From positions 1-54,332 of IMG/VR virus record IMGVR_UViG_3300011115_000623: a stretch of 54,332 nucleotides of DNA. One strand, written 5' to 3'. The position numbers were made by a program, and so were the translations under genes. This document shows, in pieces, positions 1-8,084 of this stretch. Within the stretch, counting starts at the first letter, position 1. Each line of letters opens with the position of its first letter. The notes beneath the pieces were generated by a model. That model was not told the origin of the DNA. It saw only the letters and a program-made list of their open reading frames with translations, and searched no databases. The stretch is from a virus. Its lineage: Duplodnaviria; Caudoviricetes.

Positions 1-127
1 GGCAGCCTGGGGGGCTGAGTCTTAGCGGTCTGGCCTTTAGGTTCCCTGGTCGGTACTGCTTACTCGGCTGGTTCCCTTTTTGTATCCCCCTGGTCCTTCG
101 GGGCCGTCTCGTTTCCGAGCACAGCCC
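1..127. repeat. Exact 127-bp terminal direct repeat (left copy); circular-contig overlap
   Basis: 1-127 is identical to 54206-54332; 127 is a common assembler k-mer size. Confidence 0.95.
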
Positions 128-128
128 A

Positions 129-159
129 ATCATAACAAGACATAGACAGTGCCTGTCAA
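129..159 (-). promoter_or_regulatory. Sigma70-like leftward (early) promoter
   Basis: Minus strand TTGACA (154-159), 19-nt spacer, extended -10 TGtTATGAT (-10 at 129-134); points into the early arm across the circular junction. Confidence 0.6.
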
Positions 160-216
160 CTATTTTACAAACTGTTGTTGCGATTTTGCATCAATTTTTT
201 GGCCGGGTTTTGCCAC

Positions 217-246
217 TTGACCTTGGAAACCGTTATCCCCCATAAT
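217..246 (+). promoter_or_regulatory. Sigma70-like rightward (late) promoter
   Basis: TTGACC (217-222), 18-nt spacer, CATAAT (241-246). Confidence 0.6.
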
Positions 247-286
247 GTGGGCGGGAAGATGCGTCTTGCCAAAAACCGACTAACCG

Positions 287-308
287 AGCCGCCGAAAGGC
301 GGCTTTTT
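287..308 (+). terminator. Intrinsic terminator/attenuator in late leader
   Basis: AGCCGCC-GAAA-GGCGGCT followed by TTTT, before the first late gene. Confidence 0.7.
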
Positions 309-321
309 CATTGGAAAACCC

Positions 322-561
322 ATGAAACAAATCACCATCACCATCGGCGACGATGGCCAGATCACCGTCGATTCGAGCGAGGGTGGTGAGCCGTATCAGT
401 GCCAAAGCATTGACGAGTGCCGCCAGTACGTCGACAAGATGCTGGCCGAAGAGGGCGGAGAGAGCCCGCAGGAACAAGCCACTGAAGGCCCGGAGGACTA
501 CGGCCAGATGTGGAACGAAGAAGCCGCTCAGCGGAAACCCCAACCCGGCCTGATGGCCTAA
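322..561 (+). CDS. Small acidic hypothetical protein
   Basis: ATG at 322 after GGAAA and after the leader terminator; ORF track start at 175 is probably too far upstream. Confidence 0.75.
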   Translation: MKQITITIGDDGQITVDSSEGGEPYQCQSIDECRQYVDKMLAEEGGESPQEQATEGPEDYGQMWNEEAAQRKPQPGLMA

Positions 562-577
562 ACCCCGGAGAACCACC

Positions 578-814
578 ATGCAAGAGTATTCCAACCCCGC
601 CAGCCGTAACACCATGCGCGCCGCTGGCAACCCCATGAAAACCGGCGCGGCTATCGGCGGTGGCGGCAACGCTACCCAGGGCGCTGGCATGATCCCCGGC
701 AAGGTCTCGGTGCCCATGCCTGGCACCAACACAACCCAGCCCGACTACAAGGGCGGCGGCTCCTACAAAGCGCCCGCAGGCTTCAACAACGGCCTGATCG
801 CTGGCAAGATTTAA
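578..814 (+). CDS. Small Gly-rich hypothetical protein
   Basis: GGAG RBS; TAATG coupling to next gene. Confidence 0.8.
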   Translation: MQEYSNPASRNTMRAAGNPMKTGAAIGGGGNATQGAGMIPGKVSVPMPGTNTTQPDYKGGGSYKAPAGFNNGLIAGKI

Positions 815-1011
815 TGCCCAGCCGGTCACCGGCCCAGGCCAGGATGATGGCCGCCGCAGCACACGACCCCGCCTTCGCCAAGAAAGTGGGCGTTCCCGTG
901 TCTGTCGCGGAGGACTTCAACCGAGCCGACAAGGGTCGCGGCCTTCTGAGCAAAGCGATGTCCCATGGCAACAAAACCCGGCCTGTACGCCAACATCCAG
1001 GCAAAGCGTGA
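814..1011 (+). CDS. Small basic phage protein (MPSRSPAQARMMAAAAHDPAFAKKVG type)
   Basis: Coupled start; resembles small proteins often found near terminase/virion genes. Confidence 0.75.
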   Translation: MPSRSPAQARMMAAAAHDPAFAKKVGVPVSVAEDFNRADKGRGLLSKAMSHGNKTRPVRQHPGKA

Positions 1012-1135
1012 GCGGATCGCCGCTGGCAGCGGTGAGCGCATGCGCAAACCAGGCAGCGAAGGTGCGCCCACCGCAAAGGCTTTCCGCGAGTCAGCAAAGA
1101 CTGCGGGCATCATCAGCAAGGCGATGAAGCGATGA
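965..1135 (+). CDS. 56-aa basic protein MATKPGLYANIQAKRERIAAGSGERMRKPG... (not in ORF track)
   Basis: Translated by hand; ATGA overlap with the gene at 1132; GLYANI.AKR.R motif typical of small phage proteins. Confidence 0.8.
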   Translation: MATKPGLYANIQAKRERIAAGSGERMRKPGSEGAPTAKAFRESAKTAGIISKAMKR

Positions 1136-1440
1136 CCGCCGCCTGGCAGCGCAAAGAAGGCAAAAACCCCGAAGGGGGCTTGAACGCGAAGGGCCGCGCC
1201 AGCGCCAAGGCTGAGGGCATGAACCTGAAGGCCCCGGTCAAATCAGGCGACAACCCACGCCGGGCCAGCTTCCTGGCGCGCATGGGCAACATGCCTGGCC
1301 CAGAGCGCAAGAACGGCGAGCCCACCAGGCTGCTGCTGAGCTTGAACGCCTGGGGCGCGTCATCCAAGGCAGACGCCAAGGCCAAAGCGGCCGCGATCAG
1401 CAAGCGCAACGGCCTGGTGCGCAAGCACATGAAGGACTGA
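1132..1440 (+). CDS. Basic phage protein (WQRKEGKNPEGGLNAKGRAS...RRASFLARM)
   Basis: Recognisable conserved small phage protein motif; coupled start. Confidence 0.8.
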   Translation: MTAAWQRKEGKNPEGGLNAKGRASAKAEGMNLKAPVKSGDNPRRASFLARMGNMPGPERKNGEPTRLLLSLNAWGASSKADAKAKAAAISKRNGLVRKHMKD

Positions 1441-1443
1441 CCC

Positions 1444-1920
1444 GTGAAGAAGGCAAGTCGAGCAAACGCACGCCACGCCGACCTGGCCGGAGCGCCGCCC
1501 AAGCTGGCGACGCTTGACGACCTGGAAGTGCCGACGGTTGCCAAGCCTGGGCGAGCGCATGCGTCCAACCGAAGCAGCAGCACCAAGAAGGGCGGCGAGC
1601 TGAAGATCAACCTCAAGGCCGTGGCGCAGGCCCTGGTCGATGAGGGCTACGACCCGGCCGTGGAGATCATCAGCATCCTCAAAAAGCAGGTGCCGATCTA
1701 CGACAACAACGGCGTGCCCAAGATCGACCCGAAAACCAAGCAGCCGATCATGCGCGACGCCCTGGACCCAGATACCAAATTGCGCATGCTCAACGAGATG
1801 CTGCAATACACCCAGCCCAAGCTAAAAGCCGTCGAGATGAAGGTCTCTGGCCACTTGGATTTAACCAACGAGCAGCTCGACTCCAGGCTTGAGATGCTGT
1901 TTGCCAAGGCGATGAAATGA
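1444..1920 (+). CDS. Probable terminase small subunit
   Basis: Lies upstream of TerL; helical core with ..QYTQPKLKAVE.. motif. Confidence 0.55.
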   Translation: MKKASRANARHADLAGAPPKLATLDDLEVPTVAKPGRAHASNRSSSTKKGGELKINLKAVAQALVDEGYDPAVEIISILKKQVPIYDNNGVPKIDPKTKQPIMRDALDPDTKLRMLNEMLQYTQPKLKAVEMKVSGHLDLTNEQLDSRLEMLFAKAMK

Positions 1921-2459
1921 ACGACTACAAGGGTTTCAACGTTCGGCCCATCTCCCCAATTACGGGTTTGCCCGAGGACTCGGGTGAACTGGAGCGCCCG
2001 GTCTACTACCAGCTTGGCAAAGACTTGACTGCCTACAGCCAAGGGCCATACGGCACGTTTCTCCCCGGCGGCATAGCTGCTGGCCTGATTGGCGGAGCGA
2101 TGACCGGCCCTTACGACCGGCAGAACGCATTCCGCAGCGAGATGTCCAACGCGGGCCTTGCACCGAATGGGCCGCAAGGCCAGCCCCAGGCAAGCCGGGC
2201 CACGGCCAAGACTGGCCGCCTAGCCGGTGCGGTCAACCTGGGTAATGGCCTGATCGGCCTGCCCAACGGTGACGTGATGGACCATACCGGCACCGTGGTC
2301 GGCGGTGCCTGGAAAGGCGTCGTGGATCGCAACGGCGGGTCAGTTGGATGGGGTGTCGGCGTCAGCCCCAATAAGGGCGAGTATTCGCATGAAGGCAACA
2401 ACCATCCAGCCCCAGCCGAGCATCCGTCATACACGCACGAAGGGTACGGCCCGACATGA
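1917..2459 (+). CDS. Gly-rich hypothetical protein between putative TerS and TerL
   Basis: ATGA overlaps at both ends. Confidence 0.7.
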   Translation: MNDYKGFNVRPISPITGLPEDSGELERPVYYQLGKDLTAYSQGPYGTFLPGGIAAGLIGGAMTGPYDRQNAFRSEMSNAGLAPNGPQGQPQASRATAKTGRLAGAVNLGNGLIGLPNGDVMDHTGTVVGGAWKGVVDRNGGSVGWGVGVSPNKGEYSHEGNNHPAPAEHPSYTHEGYGPT

Positions 2460-3937
2460 AAATCGACGACATAGACCTGAGCAAGCTGGACCTCAGCAAG
2501 CTCACGATGGAAGAAAAGCTCCAGGTCTATGAGCTGATGCGCCTGCGCGACATTCGGGCAAAGCGCAATCGCCTGGCGGCCTACTCGGCCTATGCCAAGC
2601 AAGTCGAGTTCCACACCGCTGGCGCGTCGTTCCGTGAACGGCTCTTTATGGCGGGCAACCAGCTTGGCAAGACCTGGGCGGGTGCCTTCGAGGTCGCCAT
2701 GCACGCGACTGGCCGTTACCCTGATTGGTGGAAGGGCAAACGCTTTCCCTATGCCACCAGGTCGATGGTGGGCTCCGAGTCTGCTGAGCTGACACGCAAA
2801 GGGGTGCAGCGCCTGTTGCTTGGCCCGCCTGAGATGCGCGACGAATGGGGCACCGGCGCGATCCCGCATGCTTGCCTGCGCGACACGTCGATGAAGCAGG
2901 GCGTGCCCGATGCCGTATCCAGCGTGGTGGTCCGCCACGAATGCGGCGAGGACTCGGTCATCCAGTTCAACAGCTACGACCAGGGCCGCACGAAGTGGCA
3001 GGCCGACACCGTGGACTTCGTCTGGTTTGACGAAGAGCCGCCGCTGTCGATTTACTCCGAGGGCCTGACCCGTACCCAGGCAACCGGTGGCCAGGTGTTC
3101 GTCACCTTCACGCCGCTGCTGGGCATGTCCGACGTGGTGAAGCGGTTCCTTGTCGACAAGCCTGCCGGGTCCAACGTCACCAGCATGACGATCTACGACG
3201 CGGAGCACTACTCGGACGAGCAGCGCGAAGCGATCATCGCCAGCTACCCGGAGCATGAGCGCGAAGCCCGCGCGAAGGGCATCCCTATCCTGGGCAGTGG
3301 GCGCGTGTTCCCCGTCGCCGAAGAGGCGATCAAGGTACGAGCTTTTCCGATTCCGCCCCACTGGCCGCGCATCACCGGCATCGACTTCGGCGTGGACCAC
3401 CCGACCGCTGCTGTCTGGCTGGCGTGGGACCGCGACAGCGACACGCTTTACGTCACCGACACGTACCGCAAGAGTGAGCCCGGCATCGCTGGTCACGCCA
3501 TGGCTATTCGGGCCCGGGGAGACTGGGTGCCAATCGCCTGGCCGCATGACGGCTTGCAGCGTGACAAAGGCGGCTCCGGCGAGCAGTTGGCCAAGCAGTA
3601 CCGCGACCAGGGGCTTAACCTGCTGAAGGACAAAGCCACTTTCGAGGATGGCAGCAACGGCGTGGAGGCCGGTCTGTCCGAAATGCTGACACGCATGCAG
3701 ACCATGCGTCTGCGCGTATTTGCCCACCTGGAAGACTGGTTCGAGGAGTTCCGGCTCTACCACCGCAAAGACGGCATGGTCGTCAAGCTCACCGACGACC
3801 TGATGTCAGCTACCAGGTACGCGATGATGATGCGCCGCATGGCCAAAACGCAGGAAGAATCCGAAGCCAGGATTCGCACCAATCGCCCACCAATCGCCCC
3901 GGCATTCGGGGTATTTGACGAAGTCACAGGATACTGA
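2456..3937 (+). CDS. terL: Terminase large subunit (P22-like)
   Basis: Walker A AGNQLGKT, Walker B VWFDEEPP, coupling motif TFTP, nuclease GIDFG..HPTA and DDLMSATRYA. Confidence 0.95.
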   Translation: MKIDDIDLSKLDLSKLTMEEKLQVYELMRLRDIRAKRNRLAAYSAYAKQVEFHTAGASFRERLFMAGNQLGKTWAGAFEVAMHATGRYPDWWKGKRFPYATRSMVGSESAELTRKGVQRLLLGPPEMRDEWGTGAIPHACLRDTSMKQGVPDAVSSVVVRHECGEDSVIQFNSYDQGRTKWQADTVDFVWFDEEPPLSIYSEGLTRTQATGGQVFVTFTPLLGMSDVVKRFLVDKPAGSNVTSMTIYDAEHYSDEQREAIIASYPEHEREARAKGIPILGSGRVFPVAEEAIKVRAFPIPPHWPRITGIDFGVDHPTAAVWLAWDRDSDTLYVTDTYRKSEPGIAGHAMAIRARGDWVPIAWPHDGLQRDKGGSGEQLAKQYRDQGLNLLKDKATFEDGSNGVEAGLSEMLTRMQTMRLRVFAHLEDWFEEFRLYHRKDGMVVKLTDDLMSATRYAMMMRRMAKTQEESEARIRTNRPPIAPAFGVFDEVTGY

Positions 3938-3939
3938 AC

Positions 3940-4197
3940 ATGAAACCGGCAATCGACGTCAGCGTTAAGCCCATGCCCCTGGCCAGCAAGATGCCGGGCA
4001 TGACCCAGGGCATGTCGGTGGTCGCCACACAAGACCCCGCAATAGCAGGACCAATCCGAGGCCCCGGCACACCGCCACCAGGTGGCCAAGTGTCTCCCGG
4101 CACACTGGGTCGCACGTCAATGCGCCCGCCAGGCCCGGGTGAACAACAGCCGACCGGCGGCTTGATCGGCAATCAGATGTTGAGGAATAACCCATGA
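3940..4197 (+). CDS. Pro/Gly-rich small hypothetical protein
   Basis: Fills the TerL-portal gap; ATGA overlap with portal. Confidence 0.7.
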   Translation: MKPAIDVSVKPMPLASKMPGMTQGMSVVATQDPAIAGPIRGPGTPPPGGQVSPGTLGRTSMRPPGPGEQQPTGGLIGNQMLRNNP

Positions 4198-6407
4198 TGC
4201 AAGACCCCATGGTCGAAGAAGACCAGCAAGCAGCCAAGGAGCGCCTGGAAGAGAAGCTGCAAGCCTTTGGCACCAATATGGCTCAGCAGCGCGACGAGTG
4301 GATTCGCTCGCGCTACAGCTACGGCGTGGACAAGCGGTGGCTTGAAGACGAGGACCAGTACAACGCCAAGGACAACATCAACAAGGCAGCCAGCCAGATG
4401 ATGACCAGCGTGGAGCAGGGCTACCCCGTCACCACACAGCAGGCCAAGCCTCATCGGTCAACCGTCTACATCGGCCTGACACGTCAGAAGTCCAACGCGG
4501 CCGAGGCGCGCCTTGCCGACATCCTGCTTCCCACCGACGACCGCAATTGGGGTATCCAGCCCACACCTAAGCCTGAGCTGATGACCATGGCGCGTGATGG
4601 GCAAATGGCCGGTGACAAGCAGACAGGCCAACCCCTGACGAACCCGGACACCAACGAGCCGCTGCGCATGAAGGACATTGCCCGTGCTGCCATGGACGTG
4701 GCACGCAAGAAGGCCGAGGCCATGCAGTTGGAGATCGACGATCAGCTCACCGAGTGCGACTACAACGCCGAAGTGCGCAAGGTCATCCACAACGCGGCGG
4801 TCATGGGCACCGGCGTGCTCAAGGGCCCCATCGTCACCAACCGCACACGCAAAGCCTGGCAGCCGTACAAGGACATGGACGGCAACCAGATTCACACCCT
4901 GGAGATCGTTGAGGAGATCACCCCCGCGTCGTTCAGCGTGGACCCGCGCAACGTCTGGCCCGATCCAGGCTGCGGCGACAGCATCCACAACGGCAAGGGT
5001 GTTTATGAGCGCGAGCAGCTCACCGCCCGCCAGGTCCGTGAGCTGGCCAAGCAGCCGGGCTTTATGAAGGACCAGCTCCGCAAGGTGCTGGCGGAAGGGC
5101 CGAAGAAGTCGGCCACGTTCCAAGAGCTGAAGGACGAAGACCAGCGCGACATCGCGCGCGACGTGTATGAGATGTGGACCTACTGGGGCGAGGTCGAGCA
5201 TGAAGACCTGGAAGCCACAGGCGTCAACATCGGAGAGCAGGACGAGCTGCGCAGCATCAGCGCATGCGTCGTGATGATCAACAGCACCGTGGTCAAGGCA
5301 TTCCTGAACCCGCTGGAAGGTGGCGACCTGCCTTATGACTTTTTTGTCTGGGAGAAGGTGGCAGGTAGCGTTTGGGGTTACGGAGTGCCATACCTCATGC
5401 GCGCGCAGCAACGCGTGCTCAATGCGGCGTGGCGGCAGATGATGGACAACTCAGGCGTCACCAGCGGCCCGCAGATCATCGTCAAGGCTGGCACGATCCA
5501 GCCAGCCGACAAGCAGTGGCAGCTCAGCGCACGGAAAATCTGGTACGCCACCGACGACGTGGACGACGTGCGCAAAGCGTTCACGGCTGTCGAGTTCAAC
5601 AGCCACCAAGCCGAGCTGGCCAACATCATCAAGATGGCGATGGAGCTGGCCGACCAGGAGACTGGCGTGCCCGCGATCACCCAGGGCGAGAAGGGCGCAG
5701 CGCCTGACACCGTGGGCGGCATGCAGATGCTGATGAACAGCGCCAACGTGGTCCTGCGCCGCCTGGTCAAGCAGTTCGACGACATGATCACCAAGCCGCA
5801 CATCCGTCGCTACTACGACTACAACATGATGTACAGCACGGACGAAGAGATCAAGGGCGACTTCAGCGTCGACGCACGCGGCTCCAGCGCGCTGCTGGTG
5901 CGTGACATCCAGAACCAGTCATTCCTGAACTTACTTGCCGCTGCGGCCAATCCCACATTCGGCGTTTACATCGACACGCAGAAGCTGTTCGAGAAGGCGC
6001 TGCAAGCTCAGCACATTGATCCCAAGGACGTGTTCAAGCCTGAAGACGAACTAGAAAAAATCAAAGAGCAGATGGCCAACCCGCAGCAACAGCAGGCACC
6101 CGATCCGCGTGTCCAGGCTGCGCAGATTCGCGCGCAGACAGACATGGAAAGAGCCAAGGCCCAGAACGCGGGCGACCTGGCGGAGATTCAACTGCGCCAA
6201 TCCATCATGCAGCAAGACGCCCAACTGAAAATGGCCGAGCTGCAAATGACGCGCGAGATCGAAATGCTGAAGATGTCGAACAGCCAGAACATCAGCCTGG
6301 AAGAGATCAAAGCAAAGCTGGCCGACACGGCTATCCGCGAACGCAGCAAAAAGGAAATCTACGCTGCCGAGCAAAACCTCAAACTCCGTACCGGTTCCGG
6401 TATCTAA
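4194..6407 (+). CDS. Portal protein with C-terminal coiled-coil barrel
   Basis: 737 aa after TerL; GTGVLKGP, WGYGVPYL, Q-rich helical C-terminus as in P22-like portals. Confidence 0.9.
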   Translation: MMQDPMVEEDQQAAKERLEEKLQAFGTNMAQQRDEWIRSRYSYGVDKRWLEDEDQYNAKDNINKAASQMMTSVEQGYPVTTQQAKPHRSTVYIGLTRQKSNAAEARLADILLPTDDRNWGIQPTPKPELMTMARDGQMAGDKQTGQPLTNPDTNEPLRMKDIARAAMDVARKKAEAMQLEIDDQLTECDYNAEVRKVIHNAAVMGTGVLKGPIVTNRTRKAWQPYKDMDGNQIHTLEIVEEITPASFSVDPRNVWPDPGCGDSIHNGKGVYEREQLTARQVRELAKQPGFMKDQLRKVLAEGPKKSATFQELKDEDQRDIARDVYEMWTYWGEVEHEDLEATGVNIGEQDELRSISACVVMINSTVVKAFLNPLEGGDLPYDFFVWEKVAGSVWGYGVPYLMRAQQRVLNAAWRQMMDNSGVTSGPQIIVKAGTIQPADKQWQLSARKIWYATDDVDDVRKAFTAVEFNSHQAELANIIKMAMELADQETGVPAITQGEKGAAPDTVGGMQMLMNSANVVLRRLVKQFDDMITKPHIRRYYDYNMMYSTDEEIKGDFSVDARGSSALLVRDIQNQSFLNLLAAAANPTFGVYIDTQKLFEKALQAQHIDPKDVFKPEDELEKIKEQMANPQQQQAPDPRVQAAQIRAQTDMERAKAQNAGDLAEIQLRQSIMQQDAQLKMAELQMTREIEMLKMSNSQNISLEEIKAKLADTAIRERSKKEIYAAEQNLKLRTGSGI

Positions 6408-6422
6408 CGAAAGGACTTCACC

Positions 6423-6785
6423 ATGGCTTCCATCAACGCAACCGTCAGCCGCGACACCGCACCAGGTGCGGTAATCGTTACCTGGGCGCTGGGCAACGCA
6501 GACACCGGTACGGCGTTCCAGTTGCCTGCCGCTGGCGACATGACCTGCCACACCTTTGGCACGTTCGGCGCGGCCACTATCACTTGGCAAGGGTCAAGCG
6601 ATGGGACCAACTGGCACCCGATGACCCAGAAGGGCGGCACAGCCAATATGGCCTACACCACTACGGCCAACCACTCGCCAAACGAAATGCCTCCCTTCGT
6701 CCGCGCCATATCGGCTGGCGGCACCGGCACAGCTATCACGGCGTCCCTGTGCTTCTACCCGCGCTACATTAAAAACCAGTATTAA
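6423..6785 (+). CDS. Hypothetical virion protein (beta-rich, GTFGAATITWQGS.DG.NW)
   Basis: AAGGA RBS; head gene cluster. Confidence 0.75.
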   Translation: MASINATVSRDTAPGAVIVTWALGNADTGTAFQLPAAGDMTCHTFGTFGAATITWQGSSDGTNWHPMTQKGGTANMAYTTTANHSPNEMPPFVRAISAGGTGTAITASLCFYPRYIKNQY

Positions 6786-6812
6786 GCGGGCAGTAGCGAG
6801 CAGTACAACATG

Positions 6813-6841
6813 TTGCAAGAAAACCCCTTCCGCCCTATACT
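6813..6841 (+). promoter_or_regulatory. Sigma70-like promoter for the scaffold/capsid block
   Basis: TTGCAA (6813-6818), 17-nt spacer, TATACT (6836-6841). Confidence 0.7.
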
Positions 6842-6872
6842 ATGGGCAGGGGCCTTGCGCCCAAAAATACAT

Positions 6873-6897
6873 AGCCAGGCAATGACCTGGCTTTTTT
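6873..6897 (+). terminator. Intrinsic terminator/attenuator
   Basis: AGCCAGG-CAATGA-CCTGGCT-TTTTT. Confidence 0.7.
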
Positions 6898-6903
6898 GAT
6901 GGC

Positions 6904-7107
6904 ATGAACGATTTCACTTCTGCAACCTGGCACCAACTGCGCAAATGGGCTGAAACAGAGCTTCAGCGCGCGCGTGTCAAAAACGACGCTGTCGGACTCT
7001 CCGAAAACGAGACCGCGTCGCTGCGGGGTGAAATCAAAATGCTCAAACGATTTCTCGACTTGCCGAATGAGGCAACTCGGGGTGTGGTGGTCGAGCCGGA
7101 CGAATAG
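6904..7107 (+). CDS. Small head-region protein
   Basis: 67 aa, ..LRGEIKMLKRFLDLP, typical of the small gene between portal and scaffold in podoviruses. Confidence 0.8.
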   Translation: MNDFTSATWHQLRKWAETELQRARVKNDAVGLSENETASLRGEIKMLKRFLDLPNEATRGVVVEPDE

Positions 7108-7127
7108 TCCCGCATGACCGTGTGAGT

Positions 7128-7151
7128 AGGCCGCCCTTGGGCGGCTTTTTT
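7128..7151 (+). terminator. Terminator-like hairpin before scaffold gene
   Basis: AGGCCGCC-CTTG-GGCGGCTT followed by a T-run. Confidence 0.55.
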
Positions 7152-7164
7152 ATTGGAGAGCATT

Positions 7165-8055
7165 GTGGAAGAAAACCAACTGTCTCAGGAAGAGGCGCAA
7201 AAACTTTGGAACGAGGAAGCTAACAAGCTCGATGCCGGTGATCAAACACCCGCGTTTGAGATTCAAGCATCTGTGCCGGATACACCGCCGCAGGAAAACC
7301 CCGAGCCAATAGCAACTGCCCAGGAACAGGTGGCTGATCCACTAGCTGGACTCCCGGCGGAAGTGAAGATTGCCTTGGGCAAAATCACCCAACTGGAACA
7401 GCAAAATGCTCAACTGCTGCACCACGTAAAGACTGCCGAGGGTCGCGTGGCCGCGATACAGCGTGAGTTCCAACAAGGACGCCAAGCAGCGACTTCGGTC
7501 GATGCGGCTCCGAGCCAGGGACAAATGGCTGCCGCTGCCAAGAACCCCGAGAAGTGGGAGCAGCTCAAGCAAGATTTTCCCGAGTGGGCGGGAGCGATGG
7601 AAGAATACGTGGGCTCAAAGCTCGACGGCATGCAAAGCGGCGTACAGGCAGACCAGGTCATGCAGTACGTGCAGCAACAGCTTGCGGTAGAGCGCGAGAA
7701 CATGAGAACTGCCATTGAAGAAGCCCGAGTCGAAGGCCGGTACGAAAACTGGCGCGATACGGTGAACACACCCGAATTCGCGCAATGGTTTGCGATCCAG
7801 TCTCCCGAGGTGAAAGCCTTGGCTGACAGCTCGGCTGCGAAGGACGCGATCAAGATGTTGGACATGTTCCACAAACTGAGCGCCAAATCGACATCGGAAA
7901 TCAAGCAAGAGCGTGAAGCACGTCTCGCTGCGGCTGCGACGACTCGACCCGGCCAGACACCGCCGCCCAAAACATTGGACGACATGTCACCGGAGGAACT
8001 GTGGAACTACGAGGCCAAGAAGCGCGAGGAACAACTCGCAAAACGCGGCTACTAA
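7165..8055 (+). CDS. Capsid scaffolding protein
   Basis: GTG after GGAG; acidic, helical, immediately upstream of the major capsid gene. Confidence 0.8.
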   Translation: MEENQLSQEEAQKLWNEEANKLDAGDQTPAFEIQASVPDTPPQENPEPIATAQEQVADPLAGLPAEVKIALGKITQLEQQNAQLLHHVKTAEGRVAAIQREFQQGRQAATSVDAAPSQGQMAAAAKNPEKWEQLKQDFPEWAGAMEEYVGSKLDGMQSGVQADQVMQYVQQQLAVERENMRTAIEEARVEGRYENWRDTVNTPEFAQWFAIQSPEVKALADSSAAKDAIKMLDMFHKLSAKSTSEIKQEREARLAAAATTRPGQTPPPKTLDDMSPEELWNYEAKKREEQLAKRGY

Positions 8056-8084
8056 CCCTCTCTTTTTTGTAAGGAATTTTCAAA

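Noticed and set aside
1-127. 127-bp repeat as a biological direct terminal repeat
   Set aside because: The length equals a common assembly k-mer and the terminase looks P22-like (headful), so it is most likely a circular-assembly overlap. Read-end mapping would decide.
2111-3763. Long antisense ORFs (also 4458-5411, 34462-35907, 46525-47880, 48806-50053)
   Set aside because: These are shadow frames of GC3-rich genes with no RBS and unnatural composition, unlike the 33303-33530 ORF, which has an RBS, a -10 box and linker-restricted position.
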